DNA of 32,000 bases, taken from positions 720,001 to 752,000 of the forward strand of contig AP024486.1 in assembly GCA_021654395.1 (NCBI GenBank), read 5' to 3'. Positions 9,351 through 19,363 of the stretch are shown here, in pieces (position 1 is the first letter of the stretch; every line of letters starts with the position of its first letter). A model generated the notes under the pieces. The model made no database searches and had not been told where the DNA came from. It saw only the letters and a program-made list of their open reading frames with translations. The translations under genes and the position numbers were made by a program. This DNA comes from Candidatus Saccharimonadota bacterium. Its GTDB lineage: Archaea; Micrarchaeota; Micrarchaeia; Micrarchaeales; Micrarchaeaceae.

Positions 9351-10547
9351 ATGAAGCTGCTTATAATGGATACTGGATCCTTCTTCGATATTGGTGGAGC
9401 AGAGAAGGATACTGCAGATCTCTATAGATATCTAAAGTCAAAAGGAGATATAGAGCTTTATCTATATGGAGATCTTAGTAAGCTAGGAGTATATGACTGT
9501 ATAAAAGATATTAATAGCGTTAAGATAGAGGATCTTAACCTTATAATAATAAACTCTATAAAGGATGTCGTTACTTTAAAAGGAGTTGGTCTAGATAAGA
9601 TAAAGGCCAAGCTTATGCTTATAGATAGAGGAGATCTAATAGTTCATATGCATAGATCTCCATTAAAGAGATTTATATCGCGTATATTTGATATAAAGGA
9701 TATAAGCAATCCAGAGAGCTATAATCAGAGGCTAAAGAGTATTACATCAAAGAGCAGGCTTATACTATTAAGAGAGATTAGAGACTTCCTATCTAAAAGC
9801 TATAATATATACCTTTTTAGAAGTATAATGAATAGAATAGATGTATATATTGCTATAAATGCTACGCAGATGATGCTTGCTGAGAGATACATAAAAAGAG
9901 CTAAGAAGATCTACCAGCCGATTGCACCTCATAAAGAGTTCAGAAAGCTAGAGATAAGCAAGGATTACGAAGGAGCTATATATGTTGGGAGATTAGAAGA
10001 GACTCAAAAGAGAGTCAGCTTTATTATAAAAGGCATAAGGAGAGTTATAGATAAGCATGGAGATCTAAAGGATAGAGAGCTTTTGAGAATAATAGGGGAT
10101 TATAATAAGAATGACGGTCCCTATTATAAAGAGCTTGTAAGAAGGCTATCATTAGAGAAGAATATAAGATTTATTGGAGCCTTATATGGAGACGATCTTG
10201 TTAGAGCCATAAACAACTCTGGATTTATAGTATCTGCATCTAAATGGGAGAGCTTCTCTAGGAACTTTATTGAGGCTATGGCCTGCGGTATACCAGTACT
10301 AACAGATACTAGAAATAATGTATTAATAAATTATAATCCAGAAGAGCATCTTATAAAGGATGGATATAACGGTTTAATCTATAAGTATAATTGCATAGAT
10401 GACTTTGCAGATAAGTTCTATCTAATGCTTAATAATAAGCAGCTAAGAGATGAGATGGCAGATAATGCATATAAATTTGTTAAAGAGAGATTCGATATAG
10501 ATAAGAATAGAGAAGAGCTATACAGTATAATAAAGAGCTCTCTTTAA
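9351..10547 (+). CDS. glycosyltransferase, GT4 / group 1 (GT-B fold)
   Basis: The C-terminal half has the GT1/GT4 signature: YVGRLEETQKRVSFII...ASKWESFSRNFIEAMACGIPVL (the E-x7-E region). Confidence 0.8.
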   Translation: MKLLIMDTGSFFDIGGAEKDTADLYRYLKSKGDIELYLYGDLSKLGVYDCIKDINSVKIEDLNLIIINSIKDVVTLKGVGLDKIKAKLMLIDRGDLIVHMHRSPLKRFISRIFDIKDISNPESYNQRLKSITSKSRLILLREIRDFLSKSYNIYLFRSIMNRIDVYIAINATQMMLAERYIKRAKKIYQPIAPHKEFRKLEISKDYEGAIYVGRLEETQKRVSFIIKGIRRVIDKHGDLKDRELLRIIGDYNKNDGPYYKELVRRLSLEKNIRFIGALYGDDLVRAINNSGFIVSASKWESFSRNFIEAMACGIPVLTDTRNNVLINYNPEEHLIKDGYNGLIYKYNCIDDFADKFYLMLNNKQLRDEMADNAYKFVKERFDIDKNREELYSIIKSSL

Positions 10548-10551
10548 TCTA

Positions 10552-13056
10552 CTATCTTATCTGAGAAGCGTTGTATAATGTAACGTTAATGAGCCTTATA
10601 GATGAGCTCTGATTTACTATCGGCTTTGTAAATCCTACTAGAGCGCAGTTCTGAAGTGTATCGTTATACGATCTAAATAGGGATAAGAATGTTCCTCCAT
10701 TAGTAGCTATTATTGTATGTCCTCTGCAGTTTATATCAACATTGCTTACATTATCTGCTGTAAAGCATGCTGCTCCGTATGTATATATATTATCTGAGTC
10801 TAATGTGTAGTACTGCGGTGCTTGGAACTGCTGGCATGTTAATGTATAGTTTGTATATGGCAGAGAAGCCATCCATATGCAGTTAAGCTTACTAGCTCCA
10901 TAGTCTACTCCAGGAAGATTGGAGTTTACTGCTGAGCTATTTCCATAGCATGCATAGCTATATGAGCTTGTAACTAAGAAGTTATTTCTGGTTATGTTGT
11001 TGTTAATAGAATTATTTACTATTATTCCATATACCACTCTGTCTCCTCTATTATTAATTACCTTGCTGCTGTATGTCTTATTAAGTATTATGCTATAGTT
11101 TACATATCTAAAGCTGTTATTATATATATCTGCGTTGCTTATTGAGTAGCCAAATAATCCGTATCTATCATTACTAAAAGAGCTGTTTGCAACAGTAAGA
11201 TTAGTTATACTATTTAAGTTAGCTCCATAGACTAAGCCGCTTAGATTATCATTGTATATACTTAATCTTCTTATATTGCTTGCGTTTACTCCATATCTGA
11301 AATCATTTATATTACAGCCATCTATAGTTATATTGCTCAATCCGTTCTTTATCTGTATAGCAGGCTTTCCAGATATCTTATAAGATGATATATATAGATT
11401 ATTACAGTTTAATCTTACATTACTTGCTTCTATATTTATACATGTGCTTCCATTATCGATCAAAGAGCCTAATAGACTATAATTAAATGGTCTTGTTATT
11501 GTTATGCAGCTTTTTAATGGGATAAAGTCTAAGTTTGGTGAGATATGCTGCTTACATGTTGCCCAGTAAGCATTTGTAAATCCGCATGAAACTTTATAAG
11601 CAAGATTGCTACTTATATTTGCAGAGTTGACTGATGCATATATATCAAATGCAGTATTATTCTCTAGATTGCTATTCTGAATGTACATATTATGCGTATT
11701 AATCGTCTCTAATCCATATGTATTATTAAAGGAGTTTAGATTGCTTATAAAGCTGCTGTTACTATTATTAAGCAGTAGAGCCACATAGTTGCTATAAGCA
11801 GTAATATTAGTAAGATGCAGGTATGAATGATTTGATAGTATACTTATATTATTTGAAGAGAGCTGTAGATTGTTACCATTAAACTGCGAGTCATTTAATA
11901 GATATAATCCATATCTACTGCTATCTATCTTACAGTTTTCTAAAGATATATTGCTTAAGCTATTGGCATATACTGCATAATATGCATTAGATATTGAGTT
12001 ATTGTTGCAGTCTATCTTTACATTACTTACTTTAATGTATATGCATGTTGCATGTGAGCTATTTACCTGCTCTGGTGTTAAGTAGTTAAGCATATCTATA
12101 TTAGAGCTTATGCTATACACTCCAGGACTTACTATGCTTCCGCAGCTGTCTATATTGCTCAATAGATGCAATGAAGTTATATTAAATAGCTTATTAACAC
12201 CTCCGCATGATATAAAGTTGCAGTAAGACTCGTTATAGCATAGGTTAAACTCAGCCTTATTGCTTGGTGCGTATCTGCTTACACCGCTGCAGTATAGCGA
12301 TTGATTTAATGAAGAGAATACATTATGCAGGAAGAGATTTCCTGTTGAGTTATCTATATAAGCAGATCTTATAAATGAGAATCTTATTGTATTATTTCTA
12401 AATACATTGTTATAAGATCTATTCATGAATAGACTTCCAAATGCAGATACTCCTTTAATTAATGTATTATATGATATATTTGAGCTGTTAACTCCATCTA
12501 GAGCTAGATTTGATATATAATTATTAGTAAGATTATCTCTATATATTTTAGAGCTCTTTACATTATTAAGATATATACCATATGAAAAGTTATCTATGAC
12601 ACAGTTACTTATTGTTATATTGCTCTCGTTGCTTGCGTATACTCCATATGTAAATGGAGGTACACCCTGAAATGGGCCTTTACCAGATATAGAGTTGTTA
12701 TCGCATGTTATATCTACATTAGGACTCTTTACTATTATACAGCTGCTTACTGCAGATACACCTATACTCTTATTTATAACATATCTACCAGAGCTAGTTA
12801 TATTAGAGCAGCTTGATAGATAAGTAAAGCCTAGTGGCTTACTAATTATAGTAGTTGTAGACTTAGTAATAGCATGCTTAGATGATATAGATAAAAGAAC
12901 TGCTATAATAGCAACTATAGCTATAGCAGCTATTATACCTATAAGCTTAGTTGGTCTCTCCTTTTGAGGTGGCGGGAGCTCATTCTGGAGCTCTTGATTT
13001 ACCTCTGGCCTCTCGAATCTTTCGTTACTATCGCTGCCTCCAGAGCTATTGTTCAT
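10552..13056 (-). CDS. membrane-anchored, heavily N-glycosylatable surface protein with parallel beta-helix (PbH1/CASH, NosD-like) repeats
   Basis: A charged N-terminal tail is followed by one TM segment (LIGIIAAIAIVAIIAVLLSI) and about 770 aa of Asn/Ser-rich sequence. The pattern N-x-x-I-x-N-x-x-x-G(I/V/L) recurs roughly every 22 residues. There are four Cys-framed module starts and more than 40 N-x-S/T sequons by my manual count. Confidence 0.7.
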   Translation of the reverse strand: MNNSSGGSDSNERFERPEVNQELQNELPPPQKERPTKLIGIIAAIAIVAIIAVLLSISSKHAITKSTTTIISKPLGFTYLSSCSNITSSGRYVINKSIGVSAVSSCIIVKSPNVDITCDNNSISGKGPFQGVPPFTYGVYASNESNITISNCVIDNFSYGIYLNNVKSSKIYRDNLTNNYISNLALDGVNSSNISYNTLIKGVSAFGSLFMNRSYNNVFRNNTIRFSFIRSAYIDNSTGNLFLHNVFSSLNQSLYCSGVSRYAPSNKAEFNLCYNESYCNFISCGGVNKLFNITSLHLLSNIDSCGSIVSPGVYSISSNIDMLNYLTPEQVNSSHATCIYIKVSNVKIDCNNNSISNAYYAVYANSLSNISLENCKIDSSRYGLYLLNDSQFNGNNLQLSSNNISILSNHSYLHLTNITAYSNYVALLLNNSNSSFISNLNSFNNTYGLETINTHNMYIQNSNLENNTAFDIYASVNSANISSNLAYKVSCGFTNAYWATCKQHISPNLDFIPLKSCITITRPFNYSLLGSLIDNGSTCINIEASNVRLNCNNLYISSYKISGKPAIQIKNGLSNITIDGCNINDFRYGVNASNIRRLSIYNDNLSGLVYGANLNSITNLTVANSSFSNDRYGLFGYSISNADIYNNSFRYVNYSIILNKTYSSKVINNRGDRVVYGIIVNNSINNNITRNNFLVTSSYSYACYGNSSAVNSNLPGVDYGASKLNCIWMASLPYTNYTLTCQQFQAPQYYTLDSDNIYTYGAACFTADNVSNVDINCRGHTIIATNGGTFLSLFRSYNDTLQNCALVGFTKPIVNQSSSIRLINVTLYNASQIR

Positions 13057-13080
13057 ATAAATCAATTACTATAGAAAGAT

Positions 13081-13719
13081 TTATTTATCATATCTTAAAA
13101 GATATATGTTCTTATAGAATGGCTTACCATCAATATACTTACTAAACTTGTATGAGACCTGTGGCTTTATCTTTGTATGATTTGCAAAGAACTCGTTCAT
13201 TATCTTCTTACTGCTAACGTATACATCTGCACCATTCTTAAGATACTCTATCTTTGATACAAACTCTCCTTTTAGATTTACAAATCTTAGTAGTCTTTTT
13301 ATTATGACCTCTGTAGTTGTTACACTTGCTCTTATCTGTACTATAGCTTCATAGTAGCTACTCTTCATTAAGGAGCATCTCTTGCAGATTGTCTGCTTAT
13401 AATCTAATACTATCTTAAGCTTTGTATATGCTTTACTGTTAAAGCTGCTTATCTCTGCATAGAAGCTATCATCAGCTATATCTATAATCTTTATGCCCTT
13501 CTTCTCAAGTTTGCTGTTTATTATGCTTTTTAGTATGGCAGAGTCTTCCTTATAAAACTCATCCTTATACTTAACTCTACCACAGCTCTTGCATCTATAT
13601 ATCTCTATATTAAGATCCTGCTCTCTTACATTTCTCTTTATATAGCAGTCTATACATATATTATCTATAAAATCCTTTTCATCGCTTGAAGCGTTACAGA
13701 AAGGACAGTATATAGCCAT
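13081..13719 (-). CDS. NMD3-family zinc-ribbon protein (archaeal 60S-subunit-factor homologue, short form)
   Basis: Has four Cys pairs (CPFC, CIDC, CKSCG, CKRC) and the NMD3 block CKRCSLMKSSYYEAIVQIRA. ATG 13719 is preceded by GTGATCATT, which contains the secD stop codon TGA. Confidence 0.65.
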   Translation of the reverse strand: MAIYCPFCNASSDEKDFIDNICIDCYIKRNVREQDLNIEIYRCKSCGRVKYKDEFYKEDSAILKSIINSKLEKKGIKIIDIADDSFYAEISSFNSKAYTKLKIVLDYKQTICKRCSLMKSSYYEAIVQIRASVTTTEVIIKRLLRFVNLKGEFVSKIEYLKNGADVYVSSKKIMNEFFANHTKIKPQVSYKFSKYIDGKPFYKNIYLLRYDK

Positions 13720-13724
13720 AATGA

Positions 13725-15272
13725 TCACTTCTTTATATATCTCTTGCTTACTATCGCTGCATATGCAGGTCTAGTTATTAGTATGCCCAGCAATGTACCT
13801 ATTATAGTTGCTTCAGAGAATCCAACTATATTAACTAATGATGTATCAAAGAATAATGGAAGCATTGCTATTACTAGAAGCGCAACATCAGTTGTTATTA
13901 TATAGAATGCTTCACTTATAACGAGCCTTGGATTTGAGCTGCTACCTTTAGATATTATCTCATCAGTAATTATTATCTGCGCATCTATACCAGTTCCTAA
14001 GACCGCAAGTATACCAGCAAATGCAGCTATATCTATAGTTCCTATTAAGCCCAGGATAGATGTTATAAGGAATAGCTCTGTTAGGCTCGTTATTATTATT
14101 GGAATTATTAATGATGGCTTCTTATAGCGAAGTGTTATAAATATAGATATTAATACTACAGCCGCTATAAGCATATATACGCTTATATCCAGTATATTCT
14201 TTCCTAATGTTGGATAGTATACTATGGGCTTACCTGGTGTAACTGGAACTGGTAGCGAGCCACCGCTTAACACTGATCCTATAAGCTTCTCTTGATTTAC
14301 TGCATATGCATACATATCTTGCGGAGAAACATTTAATGGAACAAAGCCGGAGATCTGATAAGATGATGATGGAGTACCATTTGTAATAGATGGATTTAAT
14401 AATGCAGTTGAGACGAGACCTATAGCTGGCCAGGATTGAACAAGACTTGTATTAGAGAAGCTTGGAAGCAGGCTACTTAAGAGATAGTACTTTACTGTTA
14501 TATTATACTCTTTTGCATAATCTAAAAGCTGCTTAGGCAGTGTAGAGTTTGCTAAAAGCTCTTTAATGCTATAGTTCTTTATAACAGATTCTGCATAAGA
14601 TATGGAGCTGTTACTGCTATTTAATAGAATTATTGGTATAACTGATCCTTTGACATATGTTATATTATAGATCTGCTTTATCTCTGCTCCATTGAACTTA
14701 GAATAAAAAAGGCTCTGATTTATAACTATTGCAGCATTGCTCGGTCTATTTATAAACATATATAATGGATAGTTTGCCTTGCCTTTAACGAGAGCAGCGA
14801 ATCTATCTGCCGCACCGTTTGTTAAGAAGAACTGTACAGCCCATTCATAAGTTCCGTTAGCTGCGATAGGAGCTATCTCTCCTATAGTTCCTTTTAGTAT
14901 ACCAGTGCCATTTAGCACCTCTCTGCCATCGACTATTCCTACAAATGTGCCCTGCTGTGATATTAAAGAGAGAGTCTGATTTAGATCGGAGCTACTGAAT
15001 GTAGGAAGTATAACTAAGACCTCTCTGTTTCCTATGCCTTGTACTATTATCTGCTTTAAGCCGAATGTGTTAAGCCTCTGCTGAAGAGTAGATATAATAG
15101 ATTGCATCTGAGTAGGATTTACTGGCTGCGCTAAAACTACTGGAATCTCGTATCCACCAGTAAACTCTATACCGAAGTGAACGCCATATCTTATATCTAG
15201 AATTGCAAATATAGCTACTATTAATACTAATGCTACTATCCTTCTATCTTTAATGTAATCAAGCATACTCAT
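13725..15272 (-). CDS. secD: protein-export membrane protein SecD
   Basis: TM1 is followed by GIEFTGG, a ~330-aa extracytoplasmic domain and a C-terminal 5-TM bundle. The bundle carries IAAFAGILAVLGTGIDAQIIITDEI, matching the SecD GIAGxxLTxGxAVDA block. Confidence 0.8.
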   Translation of the reverse strand: MSMLDYIKDRRIVALVLIVAIFAILDIRYGVHFGIEFTGGYEIPVVLAQPVNPTQMQSIISTLQQRLNTFGLKQIIVQGIGNREVLVILPTFSSSDLNQTLSLISQQGTFVGIVDGREVLNGTGILKGTIGEIAPIAANGTYEWAVQFFLTNGAADRFAALVKGKANYPLYMFINRPSNAAIVINQSLFYSKFNGAEIKQIYNITYVKGSVIPIILLNSSNSSISYAESVIKNYSIKELLANSTLPKQLLDYAKEYNITVKYYLLSSLLPSFSNTSLVQSWPAIGLVSTALLNPSITNGTPSSSYQISGFVPLNVSPQDMYAYAVNQEKLIGSVLSGGSLPVPVTPGKPIVYYPTLGKNILDISVYMLIAAVVLISIFITLRYKKPSLIIPIIITSLTELFLITSILGLIGTIDIAAFAGILAVLGTGIDAQIIITDEIISKGSSSNPRLVISEAFYIITTDVALLVIAMLPLFFDTSLVNIVGFSEATIIGTLLGILITRPAYAAIVSKRYIKK

Positions 15273-15276
15273 ATTA

Positions 15277-16386
15277 TCACTTCTTTATAGATAGTATTAC
15301 AGGAGTTGTACCGAACCATGTAGTAAATATATCCCCTATAAGGCCTATTATGAGTATAGATGCTATCTCTTCATATGTCGCTATATTAAATATTATAGAG
15401 AATACAAGCATTGATGTAAATGCTATTAACGCACTAGATGTCATAGTTAAACCTGTTTTCATGCTATTAAAGGCTCTAATCTCTTTAGTGTCTTCATGCC
15501 TCTTTATTATTCTTATTGCTGCTAGAACCTCTGTATCTATGGAGAATCCTATTATCATTAATAGCGCTGCTAATGATGTTATACCTAAAGGTAGATGGAA
15601 TATAACTAATGCAGACATTGCGATAGAGATATCTGCAAGAGCTCCTAATACTATTGTAAATGCCGGTAGTATATCTCTAAATATAATATATACTGCTATA
15701 AAGACCATAACAAATGCTGCTATGAGTATATCTATAAAATCATTTAAGAAGTAGCTGCCTATCTCTGGGCTTACTGACTCTATGGTATAGCTATCTGCAT
15801 TTATAACGCTCCTTATCTTAGATATGGTCATATTATAGTATCTTGCTTGAGATTCATTAAAGTATAGCAGCGATAGCTTAATTACGCTACTTATATTACT
15901 AGAGTTATAGCTGTTATTTGCTCTCAAGCCAAGATCTGCTGCTTTAAGCTGCTCAGATGTAAAGTTTGATAGTATCTTATTATAAAGAAGCTGAAGTGAT
16001 GGCTCTAAAGACAGATAGCTGCTATTACCTTCTGATCTTAATACAGTTATATTAGAGTAGATCTGCTGATAGCTATTATAGTCTGCTTGTATATTCTCAT
16101 AGCTGCGCTCTATAGCTGATAATGTGCTATTAGCACTTATGTATATATCAATCTGGTTTAGATTCTTCGTTACAGTAACGACGCTGCTTGGGAATAAGCG
16201 GCTAATACTGCCTTGAAGGTAGCTTAAGGAGTAATTGCTGCTCTGATTTACTATAATAAGAGTACCTCCAGTAAGATTTATACTTAGAGGCAGCTTAGCT
16301 ATTATTATTGATAGTATTGAAGCTAGAACTATTACTATAGGTATGATTGGATACAGCTTATAATTCCTTTGATATATATTAAGCAT
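15277..16386 (-). CDS. secF: protein-export membrane protein SecF
   Basis: TM1 is followed by LTGGT, an extracytoplasmic loop and a 5-TM bundle with SLAALLMIIGFSIDTEVLAAIRIIK, matching the SecF AALLTxxGYSxNDT block. It lies 4 nt upstream of secD. Confidence 0.75.
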   Translation of the reverse strand: MLNIYQRNYKLYPIIPIVIVLASILSIIIAKLPLSINLTGGTLIIVNQSSNYSLSYLQGSISRLFPSSVVTVTKNLNQIDIYISANSTLSAIERSYENIQADYNSYQQIYSNITVLRSEGNSSYLSLEPSLQLLYNKILSNFTSEQLKAADLGLRANNSYNSSNISSVIKLSLLYFNESQARYYNMTISKIRSVINADSYTIESVSPEIGSYFLNDFIDILIAAFVMVFIAVYIIFRDILPAFTIVLGALADISIAMSALVIFHLPLGITSLAALLMIIGFSIDTEVLAAIRIIKRHEDTKEIRAFNSMKTGLTMTSSALIAFTSMLVFSIIFNIATYEEIASILIIGLIGDIFTTWFGTTPVILSIKK

Positions 16387-16537
16387 GCTATCATCCCAGC
16401 ATATAATTTATAAATACTTATAAGCAGCAAGCCACAACTAATTACAAGTATTAATCTGTAGCATTAATTTAAATCTATTTATAAGATAAAGCTTATTATA
16501 TCTATTTTAAAGGCTTTCTAATCATAAATATATATTT

Positions 16538-17245
16538 ATGAAGCTATGCGTTATAATACCAACATATAATGAAGCAGATAATATTAAAGACTTAATAAGA
16601 AACATAAAAAGCAGCATAAGCGATATTGATATAATTATAGTAGATGATAATAGTCCAGATAAAACTGCTGAGATCGCTAAAAATGAAGGGGCTATTGTCT
16701 ATATAAGGCAGAGTAAGCAAGGCATAGGAAGCGCGCTTAGATTTGGCTTAGATAAGGCATTAGAGCTAGGGTATGATTACGCTGTAACTATGGATGGAGA
16801 TTTTAGCCACGATCCAATATACATAAAAGATATGCTAAGATATGCAGATAGCTACGATCTAGTATTAGGATCTAGATATACAAAAGGCGGCTCCATAAAG
16901 AACTGGCCTTTCTATAGATTTCTTATAAGCAAATCCGCGAATCTTGTTGCTAGAGTTATACTAGGCTTGTATAGCATACATGATCTTACAACAGGATATA
17001 AGCTCTACTCTAGAAAAGCTATAGAGGCATTACTAATTAACTGCAGCATGGCAGAAGGATACGAGTTTCAGGTCTGCTCTGTATACATGATCGTAAGAAG
17101 CGGATTAAAAGTAATAGAGGTTCCAATAGTATTCACAGATAGAAGAAATGGTGTTAGCAAGCTAGGTAAGATGCAGATCTTTGAATGGATATTGTATCTA
17201 GTAGAGCTATCAAGAAAGATGCCAAAGCTCATAAACAAAAAGTAA
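16538..17245 (+). CDS. dolichyl/polyprenyl-phosphate mannosyltransferase-like GT2 (Dpm1 family)
   Basis: Shows MKLCVIIPTYNEADNI...IIIVDDNSPDKTAEIA...VTMDGDFSHDP...GSRY...TGYKLY, the canonical Dpm1/GT2 motif series (DxD, DGD). Confidence 0.85.
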   Translation: MKLCVIIPTYNEADNIKDLIRNIKSSISDIDIIIVDDNSPDKTAEIAKNEGAIVYIRQSKQGIGSALRFGLDKALELGYDYAVTMDGDFSHDPIYIKDMLRYADSYDLVLGSRYTKGGSIKNWPFYRFLISKSANLVARVILGLYSIHDLTTGYKLYSRKAIEALLINCSMAEGYEFQVCSVYMIVRSGLKVIEVPIVFTDRRNGVSKLGKMQIFEWILYLVELSRKMPKLINKK

Positions 17246-17296
17246 AAAGCAGCAAAGTTAAATAAAAGCTTAAAAGCTTTTAATCTAATACTATAC

Positions 17297-18295
17297 TTGA
17301 TTTACTTGGACCCATTTACAACTAAATATCTAGCAATAGGATTAGTAATAGGATTATTAGTAGGTGCTCTAGTAGCATATATTGGATTCCATACAGCTTC
17401 TACGAATACTAATGTAAAGTTTATCTATCTAAATAGAACAATAAATAAAACAGTAATAAAAGATGTCTACTCTAACAGCAGCTTATTTGGAAAGATAAGC
17501 TCTGGATTTTACGATAATAATGTAGTTATGCTTATATATACTAAGAATTATACTTGCACTCCAGGCATATCAGCATCTATGTTAAACTCTACTGTAGACT
17601 CTTTAACTAAAGGATGTGAGATAGGGATCTTAAATAATGCAACGTACAACTCTAGTGTAATGAAGGCCTATGAGCTAATACCTGCTTATACAGGATTTGG
17701 TGTATTCGGCTTCTATGCTATAGGAGCAGATCAGTACGGATTCCCTCAGTTTTCTTATAATGGTAGTGTGTATAACATAGTTACAAGCTGCGGTGCATCT
17801 GGCTCTAGAGCAGATTGCAATTATACGCCGTCTTATGTCTATTCGCCTTTCTTTAGCAGTCTTGAATCACTTGTAAGCAATCATGGTATTGGGGGCTTAC
17901 CTAAAGGAGTTTTACCATTACCTTCAAGCGACTATCTATTAACAAGCGTAACAAATAGATCTAACCCAATAAATATAGTTGCAGTATTAGTATTAGATCC
18001 GAATATAATGCCAGATCCAATAACAGGAGAATGCTCTAGAATTGTCCAGAGTAATCTAAGTAATCCAATAGCAGATTGCTTAAACTCCACAACTGCTCTA
18101 TACAATGCCTTACAGACAAAAGACTCTGCGGTTGCTGCTGCAAATGCAAACAATATAGTATGGAAAGACTTAGGAGAGCCAGAGTATCAGGTTATAATCC
18201 CAGGCTTGACATCTCCATCAGAGCTTGCAAATATAACAAATACAAATATAATACTTTACTTTAACGCAACAGCCCAGTATCCACCAGTGTCTTAA
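17297..18295 (+). CDS. membrane-anchored extracellular protein, N-x-S/T-rich, function unknown
   Basis: Has an N-terminal TM segment (YLAIGLVIGLLVGALVAYIGF), many sequons and several Cys residues. There is no ATG near the 5' end, so the start is TTG at 17297 or TTG at 17306 (TTGATTTAC precedes the latter). Confidence 0.5.
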   Translation: MIYLDPFTTKYLAIGLVIGLLVGALVAYIGFHTASTNTNVKFIYLNRTINKTVIKDVYSNSSLFGKISSGFYDNNVVMLIYTKNYTCTPGISASMLNSTVDSLTKGCEIGILNNATYNSSVMKAYELIPAYTGFGVFGFYAIGADQYGFPQFSYNGSVYNIVTSCGASGSRADCNYTPSYVYSPFFSSLESLVSNHGIGGLPKGVLPLPSSDYLLTSVTNRSNPINIVAVLVLDPNIMPDPITGECSRIVQSNLSNPIADCLNSTTALYNALQTKDSAVAAANANNIVWKDLGEPEYQVIIPGLTSPSELANITNTNIILYFNATAQYPPVS

Positions 18296-18328
18296 TAGCT
18301 TCTGATTCTTTTTCTTCTTTTTATATCT

Positions 18329-19227
18329 TTATTCGAATAATGGATTCTTGTTTCTTATGAAAGTGCCATTCTTAAGCTCTCTAAATGCCTCTTCTATCTC
18401 ATCATATCTATTCATAACTATTGGACCATACCATGCTATCGGCTCTCTTATAGGCTTTCCAGCAAGCAGTATAAAGCTTAAGCTGCTATACTCACTGGCT
18501 CTTACTCTTATCTCGTCTCCATCTCCATATATAACAAGATAGCCTTCACTTATTAACGGCTGTATATCGTCAAAGTATCCTGATCCGCTAATTATAAAGG
18601 CCAATGTTGTATAAGATCTATCTATATTATATTTAAATGTACCGCCTTTCTCTATTTCTATATGCAGATATAAAGGCATGACTGGACTCTTAACCTTGAC
18701 TAAGCCTCCTATACCATTATAAGATCCAGATACTATCTTAACTTTACCAAGATCTATATCTTCTATTGGTATCTTATCTGCTCTTATATCTCTATATACA
18801 GGATCTGTAAGCTTCATATTATGTGGAAGATTTATCCATAACTGTAACCCTTTATTTCTAGTATTTAAGATCTTATTGCCTTTGTCATCTATATCATATG
18901 AGGGCTTTGGCATCTCCTGATGAAATATTCCACTACCTGCAGTCATCCATTGTATATCTCCAGCATTTATAACGCCTTTATTACCTTCGCTATCCTCATG
19001 CTCTACTCTGCCATTAATTACATAAGTGACTGTTTCTATGCCTCTATGAGGATGCCAAGGAAATCCATTTATATAATCCTCTATGCTATCAGATCCAAAG
19101 AAGTCTAACAGTAAGAATGGATCTGTAATCTGGGCTATTGCTGGACTCCAAATACTCTATAGAGCTTTACACCTGCTCCGTCATATGTATAGCTTCCTTT
19201 AATAAGCCTTGTAATGCGCTTTATCAT
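18329..19227 (-). pseudogene. pirin-family (bicupin) gene interrupted by a single frameshift
   Basis: Frame A (19227->19138) reads MIKRITRLIKGSYTYDGAGVKLYRVFGVQQ and ends at TAG 19137-19135. Frame B (-1 relative to A, open from 19156) continues IAQITDPFLLLDFFGSDSIEDYINGFPWHPHRGIETVTYVINGRVEHEDSEGNKGVINAGDIQWMTAGSGIFHQE... to 18329. Together they form one colinear pirin sequence. Confidence 0.8.
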
Positions 19228-19248
19228 AATCTTATTATAAAGTCTTAC

Positions 19249-19256
19249 TTTTTAAA
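19249..19256 (-). promoter_or_regulatory. TATA-box-like TTTAAAAA upstream of the pirin gene (leaderless-type spacing)
   Basis: The minus strand reads TTTAAAAAGTAAGACTTTATAATAAGATT-ATG. The box ends about 21 nt before ATG 19227 and no SD is present. Confidence 0.3.
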
Positions 19257-19363
19257 TCCCATATGGATCTATATCTTTTACTTCGGTATAAAGGATAGAT
19301 GTAATATATTAACCTACTATTTAATTATTAAAAAGAAGAATAAGATTACATAGGTGTATTCAA

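Noticed and set aside
19135-19156. Programmed -1 ribosomal frameshift in the pirin gene
   Set aside because: The ~20-nt frame-overlap window (GTA TTT GGA GTC CAG CAA TAG) contains no X-XXY-YYZ slippery heptamer and no obvious downstream structure. A 1-nt deletion or an assembly error is the simpler explanation.
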